From Gaiellaceae bacterium (GTDB lineage: Bacteria; Actinomycetota; Thermoleophilia; Gaiellales; Gaiellaceae): DNA of 50,892 bases. Shown here piece after piece: positions 16,437 through 24,696 of this stretch. The notes below the pieces were generated by a model. That model was not told the DNA's origin. It did not search any database and was given only the letters and a program-made list of their open reading frames with translations. Numbering within the stretch: position 1 is the stretch's first letter; every line of letters begins with the position of its first letter. A program made the translations under genes and the position numbers. The stretch lies in contig DASQLF010000172.1 in the NCBI GenBank assembly GCA_035630135.1, positions 1-50,892 on the forward strand, written 5' to 3'.

Positions 16437-17393
16437 ATGGAGCCCCGCTTCCTGGAGCGCGCACTCGAGCTCGCCGAGCGCGGCCGCGGTACGACCCATC
16501 CGAACCCGATCGTCGGTGCCGTGGTCGTCTCCGGCGACGAGATCGTCGGCGAAGGCTGGCACGAGCAAAGAGGCGGCCCACATGCAGAGGTGATCGCGCT
16601 CGAGGCCGCCGGCGAGCGCTCCCGCGGAGCAACCGTGTACGTGACGCTCGAGCCCTGTTCGCATCACGGCGCCACGCCGCCGTGCGTCGACGCGCTTCTG
16701 GCTGCGGGGGTTGGCCGCGTCGTGGCCGGCCAGCTCGATCCCGATCCCGAGCACGGCGGCGGTCTCGAGAAGCTGCGCGCGGCAGGCGTCGAGGCCGAGC
16801 TGGCCGAGGGCGACCACGTCTTCCGCTGCCGCCAGCAGATCGAGGAGTGGCGGACGTGGACGACGGCCGGCCGGCCCTTCGTCACCTACAAGGTCGCGGT
16901 CTCGCTCGACGGGCGCGTTCGCGTCCCCGGCACGCGCTGGGTGACGGGCGAGGCATCGCGAAGGCTCGTCCACGTGCTCCGCGCTCAGTCCGATGCCGTG
17001 GCCGTCGGCATGGGCACGGTGCGCTGGGACAACCCACGCCTCGACGCGCGCGACGTGCCGGTGATCCGGCAACCGCGTCGAATCGCCTTCGGTCGCGGCC
17101 CGCTGCCGGACGAATCGGAGCTCGAGCTGCGCTCCGGCCCTCTCCTCGAGGAGCTCGCGGCGCTCGCCGCCGCGGGAGTGCAGTCGCTGCTTCTCGAGGG
17201 AGGTCCGACGCTCGCCGCCGCGTTCCTCGAGGCCGATCTCGTCGACAAGCTGCTCGTCTTCGTGGCGCCGCGCCTTTCCGGCGACGGTCCGGGCATGCTC
17301 GAGGGCCTGCCCCGACCGCTCGAGCTGATGCGCTTGGAGTCGAAGCCGATCGGCGAGGACGTTCTCCTCCAGGCCTATCTCCACGAGCCGTAG
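16437..17393 (+). CDS. ribD: bifunctional riboflavin biosynthesis deaminase/reductase RibD
   Basis: HAEVIAL...PCSHHGATPPC cytidine-deaminase zinc motif, followed by the reductase domain. Confidence 0.94.
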   Translation: MEPRFLERALELAERGRGTTHPNPIVGAVVVSGDEIVGEGWHEQRGGPHAEVIALEAAGERSRGATVYVTLEPCSHHGATPPCVDALLAAGVGRVVAGQLDPDPEHGGGLEKLRAAGVEAELAEGDHVFRCRQQIEEWRTWTTAGRPFVTYKVAVSLDGRVRVPGTRWVTGEASRRLVHVLRAQSDAVAVGMGTVRWDNPRLDARDVPVIRQPRRIAFGRGPLPDESELELRSGPLLEELAALAAAGVQSLLLEGGPTLAAAFLEADLVDKLLVFVAPRLSGDGPGMLEGLPRPLELMRLESKPIGEDVLLQAYLHEP

Positions 17394-17406
17394 TTACGGT
17401 TCGACC

Positions 17407-17997
17407 GTGTTCACGGGAATCGTCCGCGAGCTCGGTGCCGTCGTGTCTGCCGAGGAGGCGGGCGGGGGGAGGGCGCTCGTCGTCCGCGCGGCCGGTACGG
17501 CGGCCGGCGCGAAGGTCGGCGACTCGGTTGCGGTCGACGGCTGCTGCCTCACGGCGGCGACGATCGCCGGCGACGAGCTGACGTTCCACGCCGTCCCGGA
17601 GACGATCGCGCGCACGACGCTCGGCGGCCTGCAGGCGGGCGATCGGGTCAACGTCGAGCCCGCGTTGCGCGCGGGCGACGAGCTCGGCGGGCACTACGTC
17701 CAGGGGCACGTCGATGCCGTCGGCAGGATCGAGTCGGTGGAGGCCGAGGGCGATGGGCTGCGCGTCTTCGTCGCGACACCCGCGGAGGTGCTTCGCTACT
17801 GCGTCGAGAAGGGCTCGATCACCGTCGACGGCGTGTCGCTCACGGTCGCCGAGCTGAGCGACGACGCCTTCGCGGTGGCGCTCGTGCCGCACACGCTCGA
17901 GGCGACGACGCTCTCCACGCTGCGGCCGGGCCAGGGCGTGAACCTCGAGGTCGACGTCCTCGCGAAGTACGTCGAGCGGCTGACTGCGCGCGGCTGA
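17407..17997 (+). CDS. ribE: riboflavin synthase alpha chain
   Basis: GTG 17407. MFTGIVRELG start and two lumazine-binding repeats. Confidence 0.93.
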   Translation: MFTGIVRELGAVVSAEEAGGGRALVVRAAGTAAGAKVGDSVAVDGCCLTAATIAGDELTFHAVPETIARTTLGGLQAGDRVNVEPALRAGDELGGHYVQGHVDAVGRIESVEAEGDGLRVFVATPAEVLRYCVEKGSITVDGVSLTVAELSDDAFAVALVPHTLEATTLSTLRPGQGVNLEVDVLAKYVERLTARG

Positions 17998-18013
17998 CGT
18001 CTACGATCCGACC

Positions 18014-19300
18014 GTGGCGACAGACCTGAGCACGCAGGCGACGGCAGCGCCTTTCGCGACCGTCGAGGAGGCGATCGAGGACATCCGCTGCGGGCGCTTC
18101 GTGGTCGTCGTCGACGACGCCGACCGCGAGAACGAGGGCGACCTGACGATCGCGGCGCAGTTCGTCACGCCGGAGGCGATCGCGTTCATGGCGACGCACG
18201 GCCGCGGGCTCATCTGTCTCTGCCTCACGCCGGAACGCTGCGACGAGCTCGAGCTGCGACCGATGACAGACCACAACGAGACTCCGCTCGGCACCGCCTT
18301 CACCGTGTCGGTCGAAGCGCGCGAAGGTGTGTCGACGGGAATTTCCGCGCACGATCGCGCCCGGACGATCCAGGTCGCGATCGACCCCAGGTCGGTGGCT
18401 CACGACCTCGTCCAGCCCGGCCACGTCTTCCCGCTCCGTGCGAAGCAGGGCGGGGTGCTCGAGCGCTCCGGCCAGACCGAGGCGGCAGTCGACCTAGCGC
18501 GGCTCGCCGGCCTGCTGCCAGCCGGTGTGGTGTGCGAGATCATGAACGACGACGGGACGATGGCCCGCGTGCCGGATCTCACCACGTTCTGCGAGCTGCA
18601 CGGCCTGAAGATGGTCACCGTTGCCGACCTCATCGAGTACCGGCGCCGGAGGGAGAAGCTCGTCGAGCGCGCGGTGTCGGTGCGGCTCCCGACCGAGTAC
18701 GGCGAGTTCCGGGCGGTGGCGTACCGGGAGCTCCTCACCGAGAAGCAGCACGTCGCGCTGGTCAAGGGCGAGATCGAGGGCGTGGAGAACGTCCTCGTCC
18801 GCGTGCACTCCGAGTGCCTGACCGGCGACGTCTTCCACTCGCTCCTCTGCGACTGCGGCGAGCAGCTCGAGGTCGCCCTCGCGCGGATCGAGGCCGAGGG
18901 GAGCGGCGTCGTCCTGTACATGAGCCAGGAGGGCCGCGGGATCGGGCTCCTCAACAAGCTGCGCGCGTACGACCTGCAGGCGAGCGGGCTCGACACAGTC
19001 GAGGCCAACCTCGCGCTCGGCTTTCCCGCCGACGCGCGCGAGTGGGGCATCGGCAACCAGATTCTCGCCGACCTCGGCCTGACCACGATCCGCATTCTCA
19101 CGAACAACCCGCGGAAGCTCACGGGGCTGGACGGGTACGGCCTCACCGTCGTCGAGCAGGTGCCGCTCGAGGTGGAGCCGACGGCAGAGAACGCGCGCTA
19201 CCTCGACGCCAAACGTGAGAAGCTTGGGCACACGATCACGAAGCTCCATCACCAGGGCGCGCGCCTCGAGGACGCGGCGCCGGAAGGATCGAATGAGTAG
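18014..19300 (+). CDS. ribBA: bifunctional 3,4-dihydroxy-2-butanone-4-phosphate synthase / GTP cyclohydrolase II
   Basis: [11 protein letters not shown] (DHBP synthase) and [21 protein letters not shown] (GTP cyclohydrolase II). Confidence 0.95.
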   Translation: MATDLSTQATAAPFATVEEAIEDIRCGRFVVVVDDADRENEGDLTIAAQFVTPEAIAFMATHGRGLICLCLTPERCDELELRPMTDHNETPLGTAFTVSVEAREGVSTGISAHDRARTIQVAIDPRSVAHDLVQPGHVFPLRAKQGGVLERSGQTEAAVDLARLAGLLPAGVVCEIMNDDGTMARVPDLTTFCELHGLKMVTVADLIEYRRRREKLVERAVSVRLPTEYGEFRAVAYRELLTEKQHVALVKGEIEGVENVLVRVHSECLTGDVFHSLLCDCGEQLEVALARIEAEGSGVVLYMSQEGRGIGLLNKLRAYDLQASGLDTVEANLALGFPADAREWGIGNQILADLGLTTIRILTNNPRKLTGLDGYGLTVVEQVPLEVEPTAENARYLDAKREKLGHTITKLHHQGARLEDAAPEGSNE

Positions 19301-20081
19301 CCGCGACATCGACTCGACGAGCGAGAACGTCCTGCACGACTGGGCCGGCGACGACGGCACCGGGTCGGACGAGGAACGGATCCCTTCCGACTCCGGCGGA
19401 GACGGATCTCCTGCCTGGGGCGCGACGGAGCCCGAGGAGAGCGCCGCGACGACGATCGACACGGAAACCGAGCCCGAGCCCGACGCGGTCGATGAGCTCG
19501 CGCCCGTCGAGCCGGCCGAGGTCGAGCCGGAGGACGACGTGCTCGACGAGACCCCGATGCACGTCGAGCCGTCGCTGGAGCACGCCGCAGGGGATCTCCA
19601 CATCCCGGACGGCTACGCCGTCCTCGAGGGACTCGCCGAGGGCGGCCGCCGCGCGGTTGGCGTCGTCGTCTCGCGCTTCAACGGCGACGTCACCACGAAG
19701 CTCCTCGACGGAGCTCTCGCCGAGCTCTCCGCTGCGGGTGTGCGGCAGGAGGCGATCACGATCATGGTCGTGCCCGGCGCGTTCGAGCTTCCGCTCGCGG
19801 CGACCGCACTCGCCAAGACGCGGCGTTTTGCCTGCATCGTCGCGCTCGGCTGCGTCATCCGCGGCGACACGCCGCACTTCGACTACGTCTCGAGCGAGGC
19901 CGCGAGCGGCCTCCAGCTCGCCGCACTCGAGACGGGCGTGCCGGTCTCGTTCGGCGTGCTCACGCTCGATCGCGTCGACCAGGCCGAAGCCCGGGTCGGC
20001 AAGGGCGCAGAGGCCGTCAGGAGCGCCCTCGAGATGGCAGATCTCTTTGCCCACCTCCGCGCCGCAGCCGCAGCTCGCTAG
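19293..20081 (+). CDS. ribH: 6,7-dimethyl-8-ribityllumazine synthase with ~110-aa acidic low-complexity N-terminal extension
   Basis: The core is VGVVVSRFNGDVTTKLLDGA...VPGAFELP...GCVIRGDTPHFDYV. ATG 19293 has GGAAGGA upstream and overlaps the ribBA stop. An internal ATG at 19557 would give a canonical ~174-aa protein. The 19293-19556 stretch keeps GC-rich third positions in frame. Confidence 0.85.
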   Translation: MSSRDIDSTSENVLHDWAGDDGTGSDEERIPSDSGGDGSPAWGATEPEESAATTIDTETEPEPDAVDELAPVEPAEVEPEDDVLDETPMHVEPSLEHAAGDLHIPDGYAVLEGLAEGGRRAVGVVVSRFNGDVTTKLLDGALAELSAAGVRQEAITIMVVPGAFELPLAATALAKTRRFACIVALGCVIRGDTPHFDYVSSEAASGLQLAALETGVPVSFGVLTLDRVDQAEARVGKGAEAVRSALEMADLFAHLRAAAAAR

Positions 20082-20101
20082 CCCCGCCCCGTCTCGGTTC
20101 G

Positions 20102-20674
20102 ATGAACGCATACGCCCTCCTGGATCGCGTGCGCTTTCGCGGGTTCATGCGGTGGCTGTATCGCATCGAGCTCGTGGGCCGCGAGAACGTGCCGGACTCG
20201 GGAGGCTGCATCCTCGCTCCGAATCACGAGTCGATCTTCGACCCGTTCATCCTCGGGGTCGCGACCACGCGGGAGATCCGCTTCATGGCGAAGTCGGAGC
20301 TCTTCGGAAACCGCGCCCTCGCCGGGGTTCTCCGGGCGCTCGGGGCCTTCCCGGTCGAGCGCGGCGGCGGCGACCACGTGGCGATGAGCGAGGCAGCGGA
20401 GCTGCTGCGCCGCGGCGAGGTGCTCGGCATGTTCCCGCAAGGCACCTCGAAGCAGCTCGCGCGCCGGCCGTGGCATCGCGGGGCCGCACGGCTCGCGCTC
20501 GTGACCGGTACGCCGATCGTGCCCGTGCGAATGACTGGTACGCGCGCCGTTCCTCTACGGACGCGCGTGCGAATCGTCGTCGGTGAGCCGATCGAGGTCG
20601 AGGAGGCGCGTCCGACGGTGACGGCCACGCGGGCGCTGACCGAGCGCCTCGAGCAGGCCGTCTCGGCGTTGTAA
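20102..20674 (+). CDS. second 1-acyl-sn-glycerol-3-phosphate acyltransferase-family protein
   Basis: HX4D motif (NHESIFD) and FPQGT block. Paralogous to the 1044..1694 gene. Confidence 0.8.
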   Translation: MNAYALLDRVRFRGFMRWLYRIELVGRENVPDSGGCILAPNHESIFDPFILGVATTREIRFMAKSELFGNRALAGVLRALGAFPVERGGGDHVAMSEAAELLRRGEVLGMFPQGTSKQLARRPWHRGAARLALVTGTPIVPVRMTGTRAVPLRTRVRIVVGEPIEVEEARPTVTATRALTERLEQAVSAL

Positions 20675-20704
20675 CCCGCCCTTCGCTACCATGCCCAGCC
20701 GCTC

Positions 20705-20896
20705 ATGAGCAAGGTCTGCGCCATCTGTGGGAAGAAGCCGGGTTTCGGGAACAGCCGAAGTCATTCGATGGTCGCCACCAAGCGGCGGTTCAACCCGAAC
20801 CTCCAGCGCGTGCGCGTCCTGCTCGACGGCCAGGCGAAGCGGGCGTACGTCTGCACCCGCTGCCTCAAGGCCGGCAAAGTCCAGAAAGCCGTATAG
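20705..20896 (+). CDS. rpmB: 50S ribosomal protein L28 (zinc-ribbon C+ form)
   Basis: MSKVCAICGKKPGFGNSRSHSMVATKRRFNPNLQ...CTRCLKAGK, with CxxC...CxxC. Confidence 0.96.
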   Translation: MSKVCAICGKKPGFGNSRSHSMVATKRRFNPNLQRVRVLLDGQAKRAYVCTRCLKAGKVQKAV

Positions 20897-20918
20897 GCGC
20901 CGTAGTAGGCTCGCGCCC

Positions 20919-21272
20919 GTGGAGCGTGAGCCCTTCGTGATCACCGAGACGGAGCGCGGACGCATCGCGATCTCGCCCGACGCCATCACGCAGATCGTCG
21001 GCTCGGCCGCAGCAGAGAGCTACGGCGTCGTCGCGCTCGCCGGCCGCGGGCGGCTCTCTCGCCTCATCCCGTGGGGTATCAAGAAGGGCGTGGACGTCGA
21101 CCTGCGCGGCGAGGGGCTCGTGGTCGAGTTGCGCGTCGTCGTCGAGCACGGACTGAAGCTCGCGGAGGTCGCGGAGACCGTGCGCTCGCGTGTGCAGTAC
21201 GAGCTCGAACGCATGGTCGACATCCCGATCGCCTCGCTCGAGGTGCACATCGAAGGCACGCGGTCGCGCTGA
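20919..21272 (+). CDS. Asp23/Gls24-family envelope stress protein (YloU-like)
   Basis: GTG 20919. ISPDAITQIVGSAAAESYGVV...VEHGLKLAEVAETVRSRV, in the conserved position between rpmB and the DAK2 gene. Confidence 0.85.
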   Translation: MEREPFVITETERGRIAISPDAITQIVGSAAAESYGVVALAGRGRLSRLIPWGIKKGVDVDLRGEGLVVELRVVVEHGLKLAEVAETVRSRVQYELERMVDIPIASLEVHIEGTRSR

Positions 21273-22867
21273 TGGAGCTCGAGCTCGTCAGGCACCTCGC
21301 CCGCTCCGCACTCCAGAACCTGGAGGCGCACCGCCGCCGCATCGACGACCTCAACGTCTATCCGGTGCCCGACGGCGACACGGGAACGAACCTGGTGCTC
21401 ACTCTGCGCTCGATCGTCGAGGCGCTCGAGGCCTCGACGGCCGCTGACAGCGAGGCGGTGGCGAAGGACGTCACGCGTGCGGCACTGATGGGCGCCCGCG
21501 GGAACTCGGGCGTGATCTTCTCGCAGATCGTCCGCGGGTTCGTGGAGGTCCTCGGCCAGCACGAGGGGATCAGCTCGGGGCTTCTCGGCCGGGCGTTCCG
21601 CGGGGCCAGCGACACTGCCTACCGTGCCGTCAAGCGACCTGTCGAGGGCACGATGCTCACCGTCATCCGCGAGATGGCGGAGGAGAGTGAGAAGAAGGAG
21701 CACCGGCGCGTTCCGCCCAACGACGTGCTCCGGGCGGTTCTCGCGGCGGGCGAGGATGCCGTGGCGAGGACGACCGAGATGCTCGACGTCCTGCGCAACG
21801 CGGGCGTCGTCGACGCGGGTGGTGCGGGTCTCGTGGAGATCGCGCGCGGGATGGTCTACGGCGCGACCGGCGACGAGCTTCCCGACGCTCCGATCGAGAC
21901 CGAGGCGATCGGCTTCGACGCCATACACCTGGAGCTCTCGGAATACCGCTACTGCACCGTGTTCGTGGTCGAGGGCGAGGCGCTCGACGCCGGCGCGCTC
22001 GAGACGGAGCTCGAGAGGATCGGCGACTCGTTGCTCGTCGTCGGCGACGACACCGCGCTCAAGGTGCACGTGCACACGGACGATCCGGGACAGGCGCTCA
22101 CGCTCGGGACTGCGGTCGGCGTGGTGGAGGGCGTCGAGATCGCGAACATGCATCACCAGACCGCTCAGCGCGAGGAACGGCTCCTCGGGGGGAACGTGCC
22201 GAGCGCCATCGCGACCCTCGAGACGGGCCTCGTCGCCGTGTGCCCGGGACGCGGGAATCGCAGGCTCTTCGAAGGCCTCGGCGCCACGCGGGTCATCGAA
22301 GGCGGCCAGTCGATGAACCCGTCCGCCAAGGACATCCTCGAGGCGATCGAGGCTGTCCCGACGGACGACGTGCTCGTCCTGCCGAACAACTCGAACGTCG
22401 TCCTCACGGCCGAGCAGGCCGCGTCGATGAGCGACAAGAACGTCCGCGTGATCCCGGCGAAGTCGGTGCAGGCGGGATTCGCCGCGATGGGGCGGTTCGT
22501 CGCCACCGCGTCGTCGGAAGACAACGAGCGCGCCATGCTCGAGGAGCTGGAGGGCGCGGCGACCGGGGAGATCACCGTCGCGTCACGTGATGCGACGCTC
22601 GATGGCGTCGACATCCGTGAGGGGGCCTACCTCGGGCTCGTCGGCGATACCGCCGTCGCGTCCGGGCCTGATCTCGACGCGGTCCTGACCGAGGTCGTCG
22701 ACCGCGTGCTCGTAGGCGGGCAGAGCTTTCTCACGATCCTGACGGGCGAGAACGCGCCGCGGCTCGATGGCCTCGTCTCCGCCCTCGAAGCGCGTCATCC
22801 CGATCTCGAGGTCGAGATCCACGAGGGCGGGCAGCCGCACTACCCGCTGCTCCTCGTCGCCCAGTGA
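21272..22867 (+). CDS. fakA: DAK2-domain protein YloV / fatty acid kinase subunit FakA-type
   Basis: ATG 21272 overlaps the Asp23 stop (TGATG). DhaL motif LNVYPVPDGDTGTNL. ~531 aa, in the conserved position upstream of recG. Confidence 0.88.
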   Translation: MELELVRHLARSALQNLEAHRRRIDDLNVYPVPDGDTGTNLVLTLRSIVEALEASTAADSEAVAKDVTRAALMGARGNSGVIFSQIVRGFVEVLGQHEGISSGLLGRAFRGASDTAYRAVKRPVEGTMLTVIREMAEESEKKEHRRVPPNDVLRAVLAAGEDAVARTTEMLDVLRNAGVVDAGGAGLVEIARGMVYGATGDELPDAPIETEAIGFDAIHLELSEYRYCTVFVVEGEALDAGALETELERIGDSLLVVGDDTALKVHVHTDDPGQALTLGTAVGVVEGVEIANMHHQTAQREERLLGGNVPSAIATLETGLVAVCPGRGNRRLFEGLGATRVIEGGQSMNPSAKDILEAIEAVPTDDVLVLPNNSNVVLTAEQAASMSDKNVRVIPAKSVQAGFAAMGRFVATASSEDNERAMLEELEGAATGEITVASRDATLDGVDIREGAYLGLVGDTAVASGPDLDAVLTEVVDRVLVGGQSFLTILTGENAPRLDGLVSALEARHPDLEVEIHEGGQPHYPLLLVAQ

Positions 22868-23229
22868 CGGACGGCGAGTCGCCGATTCGCGTCCTGCTCG
22901 TCGACGACTCCGACGTCTACCGCGACTCGCTCGTGTTTCTCCTCTCCACGCGAGCTGGGCTCGACGTGGTCGACGCCGTGCGCGACGGGACGGCGGCCAT
23001 TCGCGCGGTCCAGGCCCACAGCCCCGATGTCGTCGTGCTCGACTACCGCCTGCCGGATATCGATGGAGGTGCCGTGGCTGCGGAGATCGATGTCGCGGTG
23101 GTCTTCCTGAGCGCCTCGGCCGGGCGCGCCGAGTACGATGCCGCGTCGAGCGCCGGAGCTTCCCTCGTACGCAAGGACGAGGGAATCGACGCGCTCGTTC
23201 GGGCAGTACGGGCAGCGGCCGGGAGGTGA
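22864..23229 (+). CDS. stand-alone response-regulator receiver domain protein (CheY-like, no output domain)
   Basis: GTG 22864 overlaps the fakA stop (GTGA). IRVLLVDDS (acidic pair), VVVLDYRLPDIDG (phospho-acceptor Asp60), VVFLSAS (Ser/Thr position), LVRKD (Lys104). GC-rich third positions throughout. Confidence 0.78.
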   Translation: MTDGESPIRVLLVDDSDVYRDSLVFLLSTRAGLDVVDAVRDGTAAIRAVQAHSPDVVVLDYRLPDIDGGAVAAEIDVAVVFLSASAGRAEYDAASSAGASLVRKDEGIDALVRAVRAAAGR

Positions 23230-23233
23230 CTGG

Positions 23234-24097
23234 ATGAACCTGACGAGCGAGAACACCGCGATCGTCCTCGACTCGACCTCGGATTACCCGGACGCACCCG
23301 AGCGCTTCGGAAACATGCGCTTCGTGCCCCTGTATGTGCGCTTCGGCGACGAGACGTTCCGCGACTACCTCGAGCTCGGCCCGGCGGAGTTCTACGAGAA
23401 GCTGCGAGGCTCGCCCGTGACCCCTGCGACGGCGCAGCCCACGCCGCAGGACTTCGTGACGGCGTACGAGGAGCTCGCCGGCTACGAGCGGATCTACTCG
23501 CTCCACGTCACGGCGAAGCTCTCGGGCACGTTCCAGAGCGCCGAGCTCGCGGCTCAGGAGATCGGCGGAGACAAGGTGCGCGTCGTCGACTCGAAGACGG
23601 CGTCGCTCGCCATCGCGATGCTCGCTCACGCGATCCAGCGCCGGCTCGCTCGCGGGACGACCGACGATGAGATCGACGCCCTCGTCGAGCGTTTCTACGC
23701 GCACTGCGACGTCCTCTTCACGGTCGAGACCCTCGAGTTCCTCCAGCGCGGCGGACGCATCGGCAAGGCGCAGGCGCTCGCCGGGTCGCTCCTGAACCTG
23801 CGACCCGTGCTCGGGGTCGATGACGGCGTCGTGATCGCACTCGCGCGCGTTCGCGGCAAGCAGAAGGCACTCGCCGAGTTCGAGAGACGCTTCGTCGAGG
23901 CGACGACGGACGGTCCGGGCTTGCGGATCTCGATCGCGCACGCCAACGCCGAGGAGTGGGTCGAGACACTCACCACGCTTGCGCAGCGCGTTCGACCCAA
24001 TGCCGAGGTCGAGTTCACGTCGACGCTGGGCGCAGTCGTCGGGACGCACGTCGGCCCCGGAGCCGTCGGCTTCTTCTGGTTCCAAGACACGGACTGA
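23234..24097 (+). CDS. DegV-family fatty-acid-binding protein (FakB-type)
   Basis: GGGAGG 7 nt upstream of ATG 23234. IVLDSTSDYP, LSGTFQSA and GTHVGPGAVG blocks are typical of DegV. Confidence 0.88.
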   Translation: MNLTSENTAIVLDSTSDYPDAPERFGNMRFVPLYVRFGDETFRDYLELGPAEFYEKLRGSPVTPATAQPTPQDFVTAYEELAGYERIYSLHVTAKLSGTFQSAELAAQEIGGDKVRVVDSKTASLAIAMLAHAIQRRLARGTTDDEIDALVERFYAHCDVLFTVETLEFLQRGGRIGKAQALAGSLLNLRPVLGVDDGVVIALARVRGKQKALAEFERRFVEATTDGPGLRISIAHANAEEWVETLTTLAQRVRPNAEVEFTSTLGAVVGTHVGPGAVGFFWFQDTD

Positions 24098-24100
24098 GAA

Positions 24101-24667
24101 ATGGCTCGCCGTAGGCGCGCGTCGTCGATCGAGATCCTGTTCGAGTCACACTCGACCTCGGTCGACAACGAGCGCTGGATCGCGTCGGGCTGGCTCGACC
24201 CGCAACTGTCGCCGCTCGGACGCAGGCAGGCGAAGGATCTCGGCGAGCGGCGCGCCGAGGACGAGATCGTCGCGGTGTTCTGCTCCGATCTCGCGCGTGC
24301 CGCGGAGACTGCGCAGATCGCATTCGGAGGCAGAGGTCTGCCGATCTTCAAGGACTGGCGCTTGCGCGAGTGCAACTACGGGATGCTCAACGGCACGGCA
24401 GTCGCACGTCTCGAGGTGGAGCGCACGAAGCACGTCGTCGATCCGTACTCCGGTGGCGAGAGCTATGTCGACGTCGTCGCCCGGGCACGAAGCTTCCTCG
24501 ACGACCTGCCGTCGCGGTATCCCGACAGGCGCATCGTCGTGATCGGCCACTCGGCCACCAAGTGGGCCTTCGATCACATTCTCGAGGGAACACCGCTCGA
24601 CGAGCTCGTCGAGGGCTCGTTCCGCTGGCAGCCAGGCTGGCTGTACACGCTTGCCATAGACGCCTGA
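24101..24667 (+). CDS. histidine-phosphatase (phosphoglycerate-mutase-like) superfamily protein with non-canonical first motif
   Basis: The fold pattern is present: ...SPLGRRQA...CSDLARAAETA...RLRECNYG...GGES...VVIGHSAT. The usual RHG(E/T) is SHSTS here. Confidence 0.72.
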   Translation: MARRRRASSIEILFESHSTSVDNERWIASGWLDPQLSPLGRRQAKDLGERRAEDEIVAVFCSDLARAAETAQIAFGGRGLPIFKDWRLRECNYGMLNGTAVARLEVERTKHVVDPYSGGESYVDVVARARSFLDDLPSRYPDRRIVVIGHSATKWAFDHILEGTPLDELVEGSFRWQPGWLYTLAIDA

Positions 24668-24696
24668 CGGCCGCGCCGCGGACCTATTCTCTGGGC

